Part shown: positions 1-12,299 of the stretch, piece after piece
How the letters are laid out: every line of letters begins with the position of its first letter
How positions within the stretch are numbered: the stretch's first letter is position 1
From: Octopus vulgaris
Lineage: Eukaryota
Length of the DNA: 64,000 nt
NCBI GenBank assembly: GCA_951406725.2
Contig: OX597817.1
Coordinates: 15,934,001 to 15,998,000 of the forward strand
Reading direction: 5' to 3'
Program-made: the position numbers and the translations under genes
The notes under the pieces: generated by a model
Database searches by the model: none
Seen by the model: only the letters and a program-made list of their open reading frames with translations
Told to the model about the DNA's origin: nothing

Positions 1-720
1 AGTTATGGACACATAAGAGGTGCAGCAACATTAAAGGGAAATTAACAGATAAGATAGCTTTCATGTGCGGCAGATGCACAGGGACAATAGACACAACAGA
101 CACTCAGAAAACAGATTCCATCACACTCCAGGGAGAGAAACTAGAAGTAGTTGATAGTTTCTGCTACCTGGGTGACCAAGTTAGTAGCGGAGGTGGATGC
201 ACAGAGAGTATCACCACTAGAATACGAATAGCCTGGGCAAAGTTCAGAAAGCTCCTACCCCTACTGGCAACAAAAGGTCTCTCCCTCAGAGCAAAAGGTA
301 GATTGTATGATGCATGTGTGCGAACTGCCATGCTTCACGGTAATGAAACATGGGCTGTGACTGCAGAAGACATGCGTAGACTTGAAAGAAATGAAGCTAG
401 CATGATCCGCTGGATGTGTAGTGTCAGTGTGCACGCAAAACAGAGTGTAAGTATCCTGAGAGAAATGCTGGATATAAGAAGCATCAGATGTGGTGTGCAA
501 GAGCGACGCTTGCGATGGTATGGTCATGTGCTGCGGATGGATGAAGAGAGATGTGTGAAGAAGTGCCACTCCCAAACAGTTGAAGGTATCAGGGGGAGAG
601 GTAGACCCAGGAAGACATGGGATGAGGTGGTCAAGCATGACCTCAGAGCATTGGGCCTCACTGAGGCAATGGCGAAGGACCGAGATCTCTGGAGATATGC
701 TGTGACTACAAAGACCCGGG
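1..720 (+). mobile_element. RTE-clade LINE, 3' part of ORF (end of PHD-like finger, RT motif 7, thumb, C-terminus)
   Basis: Frame reads LWTHKRC...CGRC, EVVDSFCYLG, ERRLRWYGHVLRM, GRGRPRKTW, typical of the RTE C-terminus; followed by family 3' tail ending in (GAT)n at about 1130. Confidence 0.9.
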
Positions 721-759
721 CTGCTTTCTGCAGCAATTCCACATACCCCCTACCCATTC

Positions 760-858
760 TAAGTACCCCGGATCCCCAAAGTACCCTGGATCCCCAAAGT
801 ACCCCGATCCCCAAAGTACCCCGATCCCCAAAGTACCCCGATCCCCAAAGTACCCCGG
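760..858 (+). repeat. Minisatellite, about 5 copies of ~19 bp (AAGTACCCCGATCCCCAA)
   Basis: Direct tandem copies read in sequence. Confidence 0.85.
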
Positions 859-859
859 A

Positions 860-1131
860 CCTCGTTGCCCCCGTGCCGCTGACACGTTAAAATGCTCGAA
901 CCGATCGTGACGATGCCGGACCCTCCGGCCCCTGTGCAGGTGGCACGTAAAAAGCACCCAATCCACTCACGGAGTGGTTGGCGTTAGGAAGGGCATCCAG
1001 CCGTAGAAACTCTGCCAGATTCAGACTGGAGCCTGGAGCGGCCCCTGGCTTCCCAGACCCGGTCGAACCGTCCAACCCGTGCTAGCACGGAAAGCGGACG
1101 TTAAACGATGATGATGATGATGATGATGATG
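860..1131 (+). mobile_element. RTE 3' UTR/tail
   Basis: GGTGGCACGTAAAAAGCACC...AGGAAGGGCATCCAG...GCTAGCACGGAAAGCGGACGTTAAAC(GAT)n; the same tail follows the RTE ORF at 48001-49110. Confidence 0.85.
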
Positions 1132-1133
1132 AA

Positions 1134-1357
1134 GGTGGCGAGTGAGCTGGCAGAATCGTTAGCACTCTGGGTGAAATGCTCATCAGTATTTCGTCTGTTG
1201 CTACGTTCTGAGTTCAAATCCTGCCAAGGTTAACTTAGCCTTTCATCCTTTTGGAGTCAATAAATTAAGTACCAGCTGTGTACTGGGGTTGATGTAATCA
1301 ACTTGTCCCCTCCCCACAAATTTCAGGAATTGTGCCTTCAGTAGAAAGGATTATTAT
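1134..1357 (+). mobile_element. SINE family B (tRNA-like head)
   Basis: GAGCTGGCAGAATCGTTAGC head, B-box-like GAGTTCAAATCC, AATTAAGTACCAG core, (ATT) tail; homologous copies elsewhere in window. Confidence 0.75.
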
Positions 1358-1425
1358 TTAGTAGTAGCAGCAGGTAGAGGGGGTGTTGTTCTTTTAGCTA
1401 CTAAATATCTCGGGAACATTTGAAT

Positions 1426-1640
1426 ACTCTCTCTTTTACTCTTTTACCTGTTTCAGTCATTTGACTGCAGCCATGCTGGAGCACCACCTTTAGTCGAGCA
1501 AATCGACCCCAGGACTTATTCTTTGTAAGCCCAGTACTTATTCTATCGGTCTCTTTTTGCCGAACCGCTAAGTGATGGGGACGTAAACACACCAGCATCG
1601 GTTGTCAAGTAATGATAGGGGGACAAACACAGACACACAA

Positions 1641-1673
<33 letters not shown>

Positions 1674-1844
1674 CATATATACGACAGGCTTCTTTCAGTT
1701 TCCGTCTACCAAATCCACTCACAAGGCTTTGGTCGGCTCGAGGCTATAGTAGAAGACACTTGCCCAAGATGCCATGCCGTGGGACTGAACCCGGAACCAT
1801 GTGGTTGGTTAGCAAGCTACTTACCACACAGCCACTCCTGCGCC
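1426..1844 (-). mobile_element. SINE family A (tRNA head, internal TA/TG microsatellite, CR1-like tail)
   Basis: A-box TGGCTGTGTGG and B-box GGTTCAGTCCC on the minus strand, (GTAAAAGA)n tail; at least 6 copies in window. Confidence 0.85.
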
Positions 1845-2620
1845 TATATGTCTATTTCATTACCTGGAGTAAAGAAAAGGTTTGTCTTAGGACATTTTAA
1901 ATTGCTTTATACATTTTTTTACAAATTTTCATTTGCAACATTTACTAATTCACTGCCTCAAAGATGGTAGGTTATGATGCTTACCATACTGGCTGTTGCC
2001 GTAATGCAAACAAACACGCCCCAAAATATATTCAAACAAAAACAAAAACAAAAATTAAACACACAGATGGAACTTTGAAGTAAGACATCTACATTGTACA
2101 TCAGAAGGTGCACAGTATTGGAAACATTTTTTTGAATGATGAAAATAAACAGTTCAAGAGGCAAAGGTATCACAACTAACAACAACAACAACAACAGCAA
2201 CAACAATTTCTATCATTTGCTGATGTGGTGGGACAAAAGGAACAACTGAACTTGAACCATCTAAAAGAAAATGAGATGCTAACTATGTCAGAAAGCATAC
2301 TGCCTTCTTGTCCAAAGATTTTCACCAAGGAAAGAAGTGAGGCGCAGAAGGTAACATACCAGTGTTTTACATAAAATTAAGAGGCTTCCATAGACCTTCA
2401 AAGGAAGAGCTGAAAGAGACTCTGGCTGGTATGTGGAAGGATATGTGCTTCAACCAAGACAGAGTATATAGATGAAATAGGTAATGCTGGTACATCACAT
2501 AGCTGGCCAAAGGCTGTTATCACAGTACATAACTTTTGGGAAGGATAGAATCATGGCCAGAGATTGTCATGGATCTCAACCCATTACAGGTCATCATCTT
2601 TGCATAATAGTACAGATATA

Positions 2621-3213
2621 GGTGCAGGAGTGGCTGTGTGGTAAGTAGCTTGTCTACCAACCACATGGTTCCGGGTTCAGTCCCACTGCGTGGCACCTTG
2701 GACAAGTGTCTTCCTACTATAGCCTCGGGCCGACCAAAGCCTTGTGAGTGGATTTGGTAGACGGAAACTGAAAGAAGCCTGTCGTATATATGTATATATA
2801 TATATATAGGTGCAGGAGTGGCTGTGTGGTAAGTAGCTTGCTTACCAACCACATGGTTCCGGGTTCAGTCCCACTGCGTGGCACCTTGGACCTATAGTCT
2901 CCTACTATAGCCTCGGGCCGACCAAAGCCTTGTGAGTGGATTTGGTAGACGGAAACTGAAAGAAGCCTGTCGTATATATGTATATATATATATATGTATG
3001 TGTGTGTGTTTGTGTGTCTGTGCTTGTCCTCCTAGCATTGCTTGACAACCGATGCTGGTGTGTTTGTCCCCGTTACTTAGCGGTTCGGCAAAAGAGACCG
3101 ATAGAATAAGTACTGGGCTTACAAAAGAATAAGTCCCGGGGTCGAGTTGCTCGATTAAAGGTGGTGGTGCTCCAGCATGGCCGCAGTCAAATGACTGAAA
3201 CAAGTAAAAGAGT
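2621..3213 (+). mobile_element. SINE family A: 5' half (2621-2808) followed by full copy (2809-3213)
   Basis: GGTGCAGGAGTGGCTGTGTGG head occurs twice, 188 bp apart; only the second copy has the tail. Confidence 0.85.
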
Positions 3214-3613
3214 ATTTGATATATAATTGATATTTATTTGATATATAGTTGATATTTATATATTTGATATATAGTTGATATTTATATCAAAAAAATAATG
3301 CAACACTATTCTGATTTTTATGGTTTAATTTTTTCTTTCTTTCCTTTTTTTAAACTGAAACAATATGTTGAGTAGAAATTTCAAAAATTCTTACATAGGG
3401 TCCTATCAGTTTAAGCTTAATCCTTTCTATAAATTCCTGGTCTGTAAATGGAATTCCTGTAATTATATAAAAATAGTCATTGAATTAGTTTTGTTGATAT
3501 ATAATGGCATGACATGAATATTATAAATATTTGAATTTTAAAAAGAACTTACATTATGACTGCAGATAATTTTTCATCAGTTCCCCTATTGCAGATTTGT
3601 CCCCTTAAAATAC

Positions 3614-3617
<4 letters not shown>

Positions 3618-3644
<27 letters not shown>

Positions 3645-4140
3645 TTAGCATCCGCTTTCCATGCTTGCATGGGTTGGACGGTTCAACTGGGGTCTGTGAA
3701 GCCAGAAGGCTGCATCAGGCCCAGTCTGATCTGGCAATGTTTCTACAGCTGGATGCCCTTCCTAACGCCAACCACTCCATGAGTGTAGTGGGTGCTTTTT
3801 ACGTGCCACCTGCACAGGTGCCAGACGGAGCTGGCAAACGTCCACGGACGGATGGTGCTTTTTACGTGCCACCGGCACGGGGGCCAGGTGAGGCTGGCAA
3901 CGGCCACGATCGGATGGTGCTTTTTACGTGCCACTGGCACAGGGGCCAGGCGAGGCTGGCAATGGCCACGATCGGATGGTGCTTTTTACGTGCCACTGGT
4001 ACGGGGGCCAGGCGAGGCTGGCAACGGCCATGATCGGATGGTGCTTTTTACGTGCCACTGGCACGGGGGCCAGGCGAGGCTGGCAACGGCCACGATCGGA
4101 TGGTGCTTTTTATGTGCCACCGGCACGGGGGCCAGGCCGG
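3618..4140 (-). mobile_element. RTE 3' tail fragment with about 5 homogeneous ~60-bp tandem units
   Basis: (CAT)n then reverse tail; repeated GGATGGTGCTTTTTACGTGCCACYGGCAC units. Confidence 0.85.
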
Positions 4141-4740
4141 GCGGGCAAAAATGCAAATGGGTTTTGTAGTTTGAAATCAGTCCAGGATAACAATGTCATA
4201 GTAACCTGTGAAACATTCTATTCAGGTATTGTGTCTGATGTGGAGAATTGCTTTGTCATATCGAGACAAATTTAATTCAATATGATATTCAATCATTGAC
4301 ATCTATAATTTAACTTCAAGAACTTTAAACAAAAAAAAACCCACATTAAAACACGAACTATTCCAGCAAAAAGCAACAACAGAAGCATATCTGAGAACTA
4401 ATGAATATTTTATCACTTAATCCTTTGTTAAACAGTAACTGCAGCATTTACTATCACAAATGTAATGTTTATTGTTCTTATGAATATCAACTATTGTTCT
4501 TATGGGGCAGAGAAGGACAAACTTCGTATTCATAGCTGATGACAGACAATGATGTAAAAATACATGCATCACACAGTCTGATGACATCATTCAAAACCTA
4601 ATGTGTTTGACACATTTTGTCTGCAAGGAGAATTTTACTCCAGGACTATTTCTGCACTGAATGGCATTCCCATGTCCACAAACATTAGATATGGTTGCAC
4701 ACGATTGCATGTGTGTGTGTGTGTACATATATATATATAT

Positions 4741-4967
4741 TTCTTTACCACCCACAAGGGGCTAAACACAGAGGGGACAAACAAGGACAGACAAACGGAT
4801 TAAGTCGATTACATCGACCCCAGTGCATAACTGGTACTTAATTTATCGACCACGAAAGGATGAAAGGCAAAGTTGACCTCAACGGAATTTGAACTCAGAA
4901 CATAACGGCAGACGAAATACGGCTACACATTTCACCCAGCGTGCTAACGTTTCTGCCAGCTCACTCC
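4741..4967 (-). mobile_element. SINE family B (variant 3' end)
   Basis: Reverse complement of the family B head and core. Confidence 0.7.
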
Positions 4968-4984
4968 CTGTACACATACATATA

Positions 4985-5455
4985 TCATCATCATCAATGT
5001 TTAATGTCTGCTTTCCATGCTGCCATGGATTGGACAGTTTGACTGCAGACTGGTAAGGCAGCAGGCTGCATCAGGCTCCAATCTGATCTGACAAGGTTTC
5101 TACAGATGGATACCCTTCCTAACGCCAACCACTCCAAGAGCACAGTGGATGCTTTTTACCATGCCACCAGCACAGGGGCCAGTCAGGTTGCTCTGGCATG
5201 AAGCACACTCAAATGATGCTTTTAACATTTCACCAGCACTGGCATTGCCCACACTTGAATGGTGCTTTTTATGTGCTACTGGCACTGGCATCAACCACTA
5301 CTATGATTTCACTTGACAGGTCTTCTCTAGCACAGAATATTGCCTGACAATTGAATGGTACTTTTAAATGGCCTGGTTATGTGACACTGGCGCCGGCCAT
5401 GGCTATGATCTCACTTGGCTAGCCAGGTCTTTTTAAACACTACACTGCATATCTC
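4985..5455 (-). mobile_element. Diverged RTE 3' UTR fragment
   Basis: CCCTTCCTAACGCCAACCACTC and degenerate tandem units. Confidence 0.7.
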
Positions 5456-5471
5456 CAAATATATATATATT

Positions 5472-5832
5472 ACTCTTTTACTCTTTTACTCTTTTACTTG
5501 TTTCAGTCATTTGACTGCGGCCATGCTGGAGCACCACCTTTTAGTACTTATTCTATCGGTCTCTTTTTGCCGAACCGCTAAGTGACGGGGACCTAAACAC
5601 ACCAGCATCGGTTGTCAAGCAATGCTAGGGGGATAAACACAGACACACACAGATATACATATATATACATATATACGACAGGCTTCTTTCAGTTTCCATC
5701 TACCAAATCCACTCACAAGGCATTGGTCGGCCTGGGGCTATAGCAGAAGACACTTGCCCAAGATGCCACACAGTGGGACTGAACCCGCAACCGTGTGGTT
5801 GGTTAGCAAGCTATTTACCACACAGCCACTCC
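5472..5832 (-). mobile_element. SINE family A
   Basis: High similarity to 1426-1844, small internal deletion. Confidence 0.85.
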
Positions 5833-5879
5833 TATATATATTATTATTATTACTATTATTATTATTATTATTATTGTTA

Positions 5880-5919
<40 letters not shown>

Positions 5920-6704
5920 TATTATTATTACTATTTATTATTATTCTGATCCCTAGTCGTCACTCTGTTTACTATTTCAGCCTCGCCTCGTTTTGCATAT
6001 TCTGTATAATTCATTAGTTATCGTTATAGATATTTAAGATCTCCCTTACAGGGTTGATCGAAATGGCCGCCGATTCTTCGCGGGGTGGCCACTTTCTCTT
6101 ACTTTCCTTCTCTCCCCCTCTTTCACATTGTTTGGACTCCTCTTCCTACTCCTCTCCCTGGCTATGCATTCTTAAGCTAGTAACCTGCCTCATTCTTGAT
6201 TTCGAATTCCTTTTGCCGAGTCTGTCCGTAAACGAAGTGATCCCAAGATAAGAAATCTTTGAACTTTAATTCATCCCGTATCTCTACCAGTACAATTTTC
6301 TAGTTGTTAATCGGTTTATTACTCATCATTATGTGCCGATAATTTCTCTATTTCTCCACCATCCCCCCTAAATATCCCTTTATTATTATGTGCTGCGATA
6401 ATTTTGCCCGTCCAAGTCTTCGCTCTCTCCTCTATCAACCTTCGCGTATTCGCGGCGCACCCGCCCTACTCACCCCCACCACCAATACCGGATATCTCTA
6501 TATTTTTGCTCCATCTATACTGGATGTCGTTTCTCCCACCACCATTATAGGTGTCTACTCTTCGAACCCCCTCTTCAATACGCTATTTCACCATACATTA
6601 CCCCTCTTGTGATATCCTACGTTCTACTTGTCTAGAACCTGTCATCGTTTCTCCAAGCACCCCTCCCCACTGGTGCTCCCCTATATTCCTGCACCCCCCC
6701 CCCC

Positions 6705-7013
6705 ACATAAAAAGCACCATCCGAACGTGGCCGATGCCAGCACCGCCCCGACTGGCTTCTGTGCAGGTGGCACATAAAAAGCACCAACCGACCGTGGCCG
6801 ATGCCAGACCCCTCTGGCACCTGTGCAGGTGGCACGTAAAAAGCACCCACTACACTCGCGGAGTGGTTGGCGTTAGGAAGGGCATCCAGCTGTAGAAACA
6901 CTGCCAGACCAGACTGGAGCCTGGGGCAGCCCCTGGCTCCCCAGACCCCGGTCGAACCCGTCCAACCCGTGCTAGCGCGGAAAACGGACGTTAAACGATG
7001 ATGATGATGATGA

Positions 7014-7016
<3 letters not shown>
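6705..7016 (+). mobile_element. RTE 3' tail fragment
   Basis: Tandem units plus (GAT)n tail. Confidence 0.8.
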
Positions 7017-7066
<50 letters not shown>

Positions 7067-7926
7067 GGGGTTGGACAAAATAATGGAAACACCTAGTATC
7101 ATAGCATCATAATTTTGCTTGTTTATTTTTATGTTTTTTTATTTATTATTAGTGCTGCTTAATATGTTCTGCTAAAATTGCTGTTTCTTTTCAGATATCA
7201 TCAGGAAAAGGTAATTAGAATTCATTCAAATGACAGATCTATCGGACTTTCAAAGAGGTCAAATTGCTGGTACTCATATGGCAGATGCTAGCATAATGAA
7301 AACAGCCAAAATGATTGGTGTATCAAGAAGTACTGTCTCAAAAGTAATGACAGCCTTTGAGAAAGAAGGAAAAACCTCCTTGTGGAAACAAAACTCCAAA
7401 AGAAAACCAAAACTTTCAGGTTGGACCCTTACATGAATACTTAGAAAGGATCACAAAATTACTGCAGAACTTAATGACCACATCGAGAACAAAGTTTCCA
7501 CAAAAACTGTTTGCTGGGAGCTGCACCAAGCCAGATTTCATGGGAGAGCTGCAATCAGAAAACAACTACTTTCAAAAACAAACGTTGCAAAGCATTTAGA
7601 TTGTCATAAAAACCTACAGAATTGGTCCCTAGAGAAGTGGATGAATGTTATTTTCTTGGACGAGTCATCCTTTACCTTATTTCTGACCACAGGCCGAGTA
7701 TACATGTGGAGACAGCCAAAAGAAGCATGTGACCCAGACTGCCTTCTTCTAACTGTTAAACATGGAGGAGGATCTGTAATGATCTAGCAGTGGGGCTATA
7801 TCTTGGAAATCTGCCAGCCCAATGGTTTCTCTTCATGGCAAAATTAATAGTCAAAAGACTATTTAAGCATTACGGAGATGTACTCGCATAGCAAGTGATT
7901 TGATCTGAGATTGTGTGCTGGAATGA

Positions 7927-8218
7927 AAACAATTGCAGCGTGGAAGGTGTTTGTAAGCCATTTAAGAAACACACAAAAGCCGTTTGATTCACTTCAATAT
8001 ATAAGTTTAATATGTCAAAATATTTTCGTCACTATAAGACCGCGACCTGTTCACTGACAAAAATCCGTGATGCAGCACGGATTTTTGTCAGTGAACAGGT
8101 CGCGGTCTTATAGCGATGAAAATATTTTGTCAAATTAAAATTAAATGTTGAAGTGAATCGAACAGCTTTTGTGTGTTTCTTAAATGGCTTACAAACACCT
8201 TCCACGCTGCAATTGTTT
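7927..8218. repeat. Fold-back inverted repeat (~146-bp arms) with a variant hammerhead in each arm
   Basis: Arms are reverse complements centred at 8072/8073; TTTAAGCATT occurs at both flanks (7862-7871, 8216-8225). Confidence 0.9.
8013..8061 (-). ncRNA. Variant type I hammerhead ribozyme (G3:C8 core)
   Basis: UGUCA-GUGAACA-G-GUCGC...GUGAC-GAA-AAUAUU-U-UGACA; mirror copy at 8084-8134 (+). Confidence 0.6.
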
Positions 8219-8641
8219 AAGCATTTTATCTGATCAAATTCATCCTATGGTTTCAGAACTGTTTCCGGAGAGAAACGTAATCTTTCAGGATGATAATGCA
8301 CCAATTCACACAGCTAAAGTTGTTACTGAATGGCACAAGGAACTTTCTAGTGAAGTTGAACATCTTATCTGGCCGCCACAGTCCCCAGATCTCAATATTA
8401 TTGAACATTTATGGTGCATTTTAGAAAAACAAGTAAGGAGTCAATATCCTCCACCATCATCACTACAAGAACGGGAGACTGTTTTAGCTGAAGAATGGAC
8501 AAAAATTCCTTTGGAAACAATTCAGACTTCGTACAAGTCCATACCCCGTAGAATTCAAGCTGTAATTACGGCCAAAGGTGGTCCTACCCCATATGAAAAT
8601 GAATTTATTTGTAATTTTAAGGTGCTTCCATTTTTTGTCCA

Positions 8642-9253
8642 AGCCAAGTGAGACCATAACCTCGTGGCCTATGTCAGGGGTGTAACCAGCCCACTTATGC
8701 GTACCTTTCCTTCATTGGACACTAAACTCTGCTTGCGAAGACCTGTTGAGGCAAGTGAAATTGAAATCAAATTCGATGACTGGCATCTGTGCTAGTGGAG
8801 TGCTAAGAGCACCATCTGAGCGTGATCGTTCCAGAGCAACAAACTGGCTTCCGTGCCGGTGGCATGTAAAAAGCACAATTCGAGTTTGATCATTTCCAGC
8901 ATCACCTTACTAGCACTTGTGCCAGTGGCACGTGAAAAAACATTCAAGTGAGGTCATTGCCAGTGCCGCTGGACTGGCTCCTGTGCTGGTGGCACGCAAA
9001 AATCACCATTTGAGCGTGGCCGTTACCAGTACCGATTGACTGGCCCCCATGCCGGTGGCACGTAAAAGCACCCACTACATTCTTGGAGTGGTTGGCGTTA
9101 GGAAGGGCATCATCCAGCTGTAGAAACACTGCCAGATCAAGATTGGAGCCTGGTGCAGCCATCTGGTTCGCCAGTTCTCAGTCAAATCGTCCAACCCATG
9201 CTAGCATGGAAAGCAGATGTTAAACAATGATGATGATGATGATGATGATGATG
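8642..9253 (+). mobile_element. RTE 3' UTR fragment
   Basis: Matches 48575-49110, directly downstream of an RTE stop codon; (GAT)n tail. Confidence 0.85.
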
Positions 9254-9263
9254 CTATATATAT

Positions 9264-10250
9264 AAAAGAAAATGGAAGGGATACAAAAATGACATGCATC
9301 AGCCTGTAGACATTCTATTATGTCTATTTATTCTAAAACATAAGGAAGTATTATAAGAATACATACACATGCAAAGACTGTGTTACACACATATGTTCTA
9401 ATACATAAAAGAGTAAAAGATCAGTTCCTTACGGCTGTTTCTGCCAAGAGGCCATGATATCCTCCATGCTATCTCCATCTCTTCAGTGTTCTGTAGGGAT
9501 GGGTAGATAAAGTTTGTATTTATATGTAAACAAAATAAGAACCACTGCTTAAATTCACCCTTCCTAAAAAAATTCCTCCTAAGAACGACTATATCCACCT
9601 ATTCACCAATGGATGAAATAACATGAATCAGGAAGTCTATGACTTATCTCCCTTTCCTATACATAATCCATTTTACTAAGTTGTACTCCTCACACACTCT
9701 AAGTTTTGCTCCTGTTCTTCTTACGCCCACTTCAATAACAAAAATATACTGTACCTATTGGTAACTGATTCTCGTATGTATTGGCTCTCCTAACCATTTA
9801 GACCCTCTGAAGAAGCCTAGAGGCATACTCAACATCCAAACTTTATCTACCCATCCTTACAGAACACTGAAGAGATGGAGATAGCATGGAGGATATCGTG
9901 GCCTCTTGGCAGAAACAGCCGTAAGGAACTGATCTTTTACTCTTTTATGTATTAGAACATATGTGTGTAACACAGTCTTTGCATGTGTATGTATTCTTAT
10001 AATACTTCCTTATGTTTTAGAATAAATAGACATAATAGAATGTCTACAGGCTGATGCATGTCATTTTTGTATCCCTTCCATTTTCTTTTTTGCCTTATAA
10101 ATTAAGGGTAAGCCACTTTTTACCCCCACCCATATATGACACTCAATTGCGAAATTGCCACTTGGGTATTAATAATTGGGTACACTACCAGCAGTATATT
10201 GGATACGTACTATCCCTTAGTTGGTTGGCTTCCCCACCTCTCCCATCGAA
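9264..10250 (+). mobile_element. 5'-truncated Penelope-like element with inverted pLTR copy (arms 9264-9516 and 9837-10089) and degenerate HHR
   Basis: 253-bp near-perfect inverted repeat containing CTGAAGAG...GAAACAGCCGTA (9867-9923); stems I/II poor. Confidence 0.6.
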
Positions 10251-10486
10251 ATATATATATATATACACACACACACAATAAATATTTATAAATATTAAAT
10301 ATGGTTGTATGTGATTGCATGTGCTGTAACTACACACGTGCTGTTAGTCATTTCTTTTCCTTATCTGTACTTTTCCCATTTTCCTTTGCAACGAAGAACT
10401 ATGCTTGAAACTCTCACTTTTTACTGAAATTCAAGTGAATACATTTGTTCTGCACTTCCTCTTGTTGTTTGTTTATATATTTACCA

Positions 10487-11390
10487 TCATCATCATCATC
10501 ATCATCATCGTTTAACATCCGTTTTCTATGCTTGTATGGTTTGGACGGTTTGACTGAGGTCTGGAGGCCCAACAGTTGCACCAGGCTCCAATCTGATCTG
10601 GCAATGTTTCAACAGCTGGATTCCCTTCCTAACACCAACCACTCTGAGAGTGTAATGGGTGCTTTTTACGTGCCATCAGCACAGGAGCCAATTAGGTGGG
10701 CCTGGCATTGATCACATTCAGGTAGTGCTTTTTACGTGCAACTGGCACAGGATCCAGTCAAGGGGTACTGGCACTGGCCATGTTAGGATGGTGCTTTTTA
10801 CGTGCCACCGGCACAGGAGCCTGTCAGGCAGACCTAACATCGACCACATTTGGATGGTGTTTTTTATGTGCCACTAGCATGGGAGCCAGTCGGGGGCACT
10901 GGCATTGACTACGTTCAGATGATGCATTTTATGTGCCATGGGAACGGGAGCCAGTCAAGGGTACTGACAACAGCTACGATTTTGGATTTTCCTGACTCAA
11001 GAGGTCTTCTCAAGCATATATCACCCAGTGCATCAAGAGTACTCTTAAATGGGCCGGACATGTAACACTGGCATTGGCCATGGCTGTGATCTCACTTTAG
11101 TTTCCGGGTCTTCTCGACTATGGCATATCTCTAAAGGTCTCGGCTTCCTGTCATTGCCTCTGTGAGGCCCAATGTTAAAAGGTCATGCTTCACCATCTTA
11201 TCCTATGTCTTCCTGGGTCTACCGCTTCCACAGGTTCCTTTCACAGTTAGGGTGTGGCACTTCCTCACACAGCTCTCCTCATCCATACCTAACACATGAC
11301 CATACCAGTGCAGTCGTCTCTCTTGCACACCACACTTGATGCTTCTTATGTCCAACTTTTCTCTCAAGACACTTGCACTCTGTCGTGTAT
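10487..11390 (-). mobile_element. RTE fragment (ORF end plus 3' UTR)
   Basis: Reverse strand encodes RRLHWYGHVL and RGRPRKT-like motifs, then tandem units and (GAT)n. Confidence 0.85.
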
Positions 11391-11399
11391 GTTGATCAA

Positions 11400-11900
11400 T
11401 TCTATCAACATTTACCCTCCACGTGCAAATAACAGACGGCCTGGAAATTATAAATTTGGGTGCAATTGTGTAACAACAACAACATGTCCTTTAATGGAAA
11501 CTGCCTAGCAAAAAACATAGTCTAATCTTGTGAAATAATTACGGAATCAAATACTCTCACCTACATTGGTTGTTCATCCACTTGGAAATCTAGGTTTTAT
11601 AACCATAGGTCATCTTTTAGACTCATACATAAGGCTAATAGCACTTCCTTATCGCGTAGGATATGGGAACTTAAAGACAAAACTATTAACTTTAACCTTA
11701 GATGGTACATAGTTGGATCGGCAGCGATTTATAAAAATAATAGAACTGGTTGCCAGTTATGTGCCTTAGGACTCTTGAAAATCATTAGATTCCCTGATAA
11801 GGACAAGCTAGTTAATAAAAGATCTGAATTCAAACCAACTTGTATGCATAAATTGACTAAAACCTTTAAATACTATAAGCCTTAAGTCTCCATTATCTAT
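11400..11900 (+). pseudogene. Penelope-like GIY-YIG endonuclease remnant (mostly absent from ORF track)
   Basis: Across frameshifts reads GCNC...TCP(F)NGNCLAKNIV, TYIGCSSTWKSRFYNHRSSF, WELKDK, CQLC. Confidence 0.75.
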
Positions 11901-12299
11901 TTTAATCCTTTCATGATCTTCTCTCATTGGAAATTCCATCATCTGCTCCCTCCTGACACTATTCAGGCATTAAATTAACAACTCCTGGGGTTACCCCCAA
12001 CTACTTACTTATTCGGTTTACTTTCACCTAGCTAGATTCTGACCCCATATAATACACACGTAATAAACAATCCGAGGACTTTAGATTTATTTATAGAGAA
12101 CATATCTAAATACTTTTGTTATTGATTCTAAAATTTAGAATTCACTACGATACACATAGGTCCTATTAGCCAACACTAATAACTTCAATGATGTTTATAA
12201 TGATATTATACTAGTAATCATGAGTGGATAGGAACCTAGACATTTTTTAACTTCATATCACACTTCCTGAACAATTAAAATAGGAGTATAATTTATACA

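Larger units (their letters stand above)
7065..8645 (+). mobile_element. Tc1-family DNA transposon, decayed transposase, interrupted at about 7872-8215
   Basis: TIRs CAGGGGTTGGACAAAATAATGGAAACACCT and AGGTGCTTCCATTTTTTGTCCAA; HTH start MTDLSDFQRGQI; motifs FLDES, FQDDNAPIH, WPPQSPDLNIIEHLW. Confidence 0.9.

Noticed and set aside
3790-4140. CRISPR-like repeat/spacer array (also near 8850-9070, 10655-10940, 12350-12610, 20750-21000, 48735-48960)
   Set aside because: Spacers are homologous to each other, arrays sit in a LINE 3' UTR, DNA is eukaryotic and no cas genes are present
4532-4590. Two CTGATGA motifs suggesting a hammerhead or C/D snoRNA
   Set aside because: No GAAA plus UH in register and no supporting stems found
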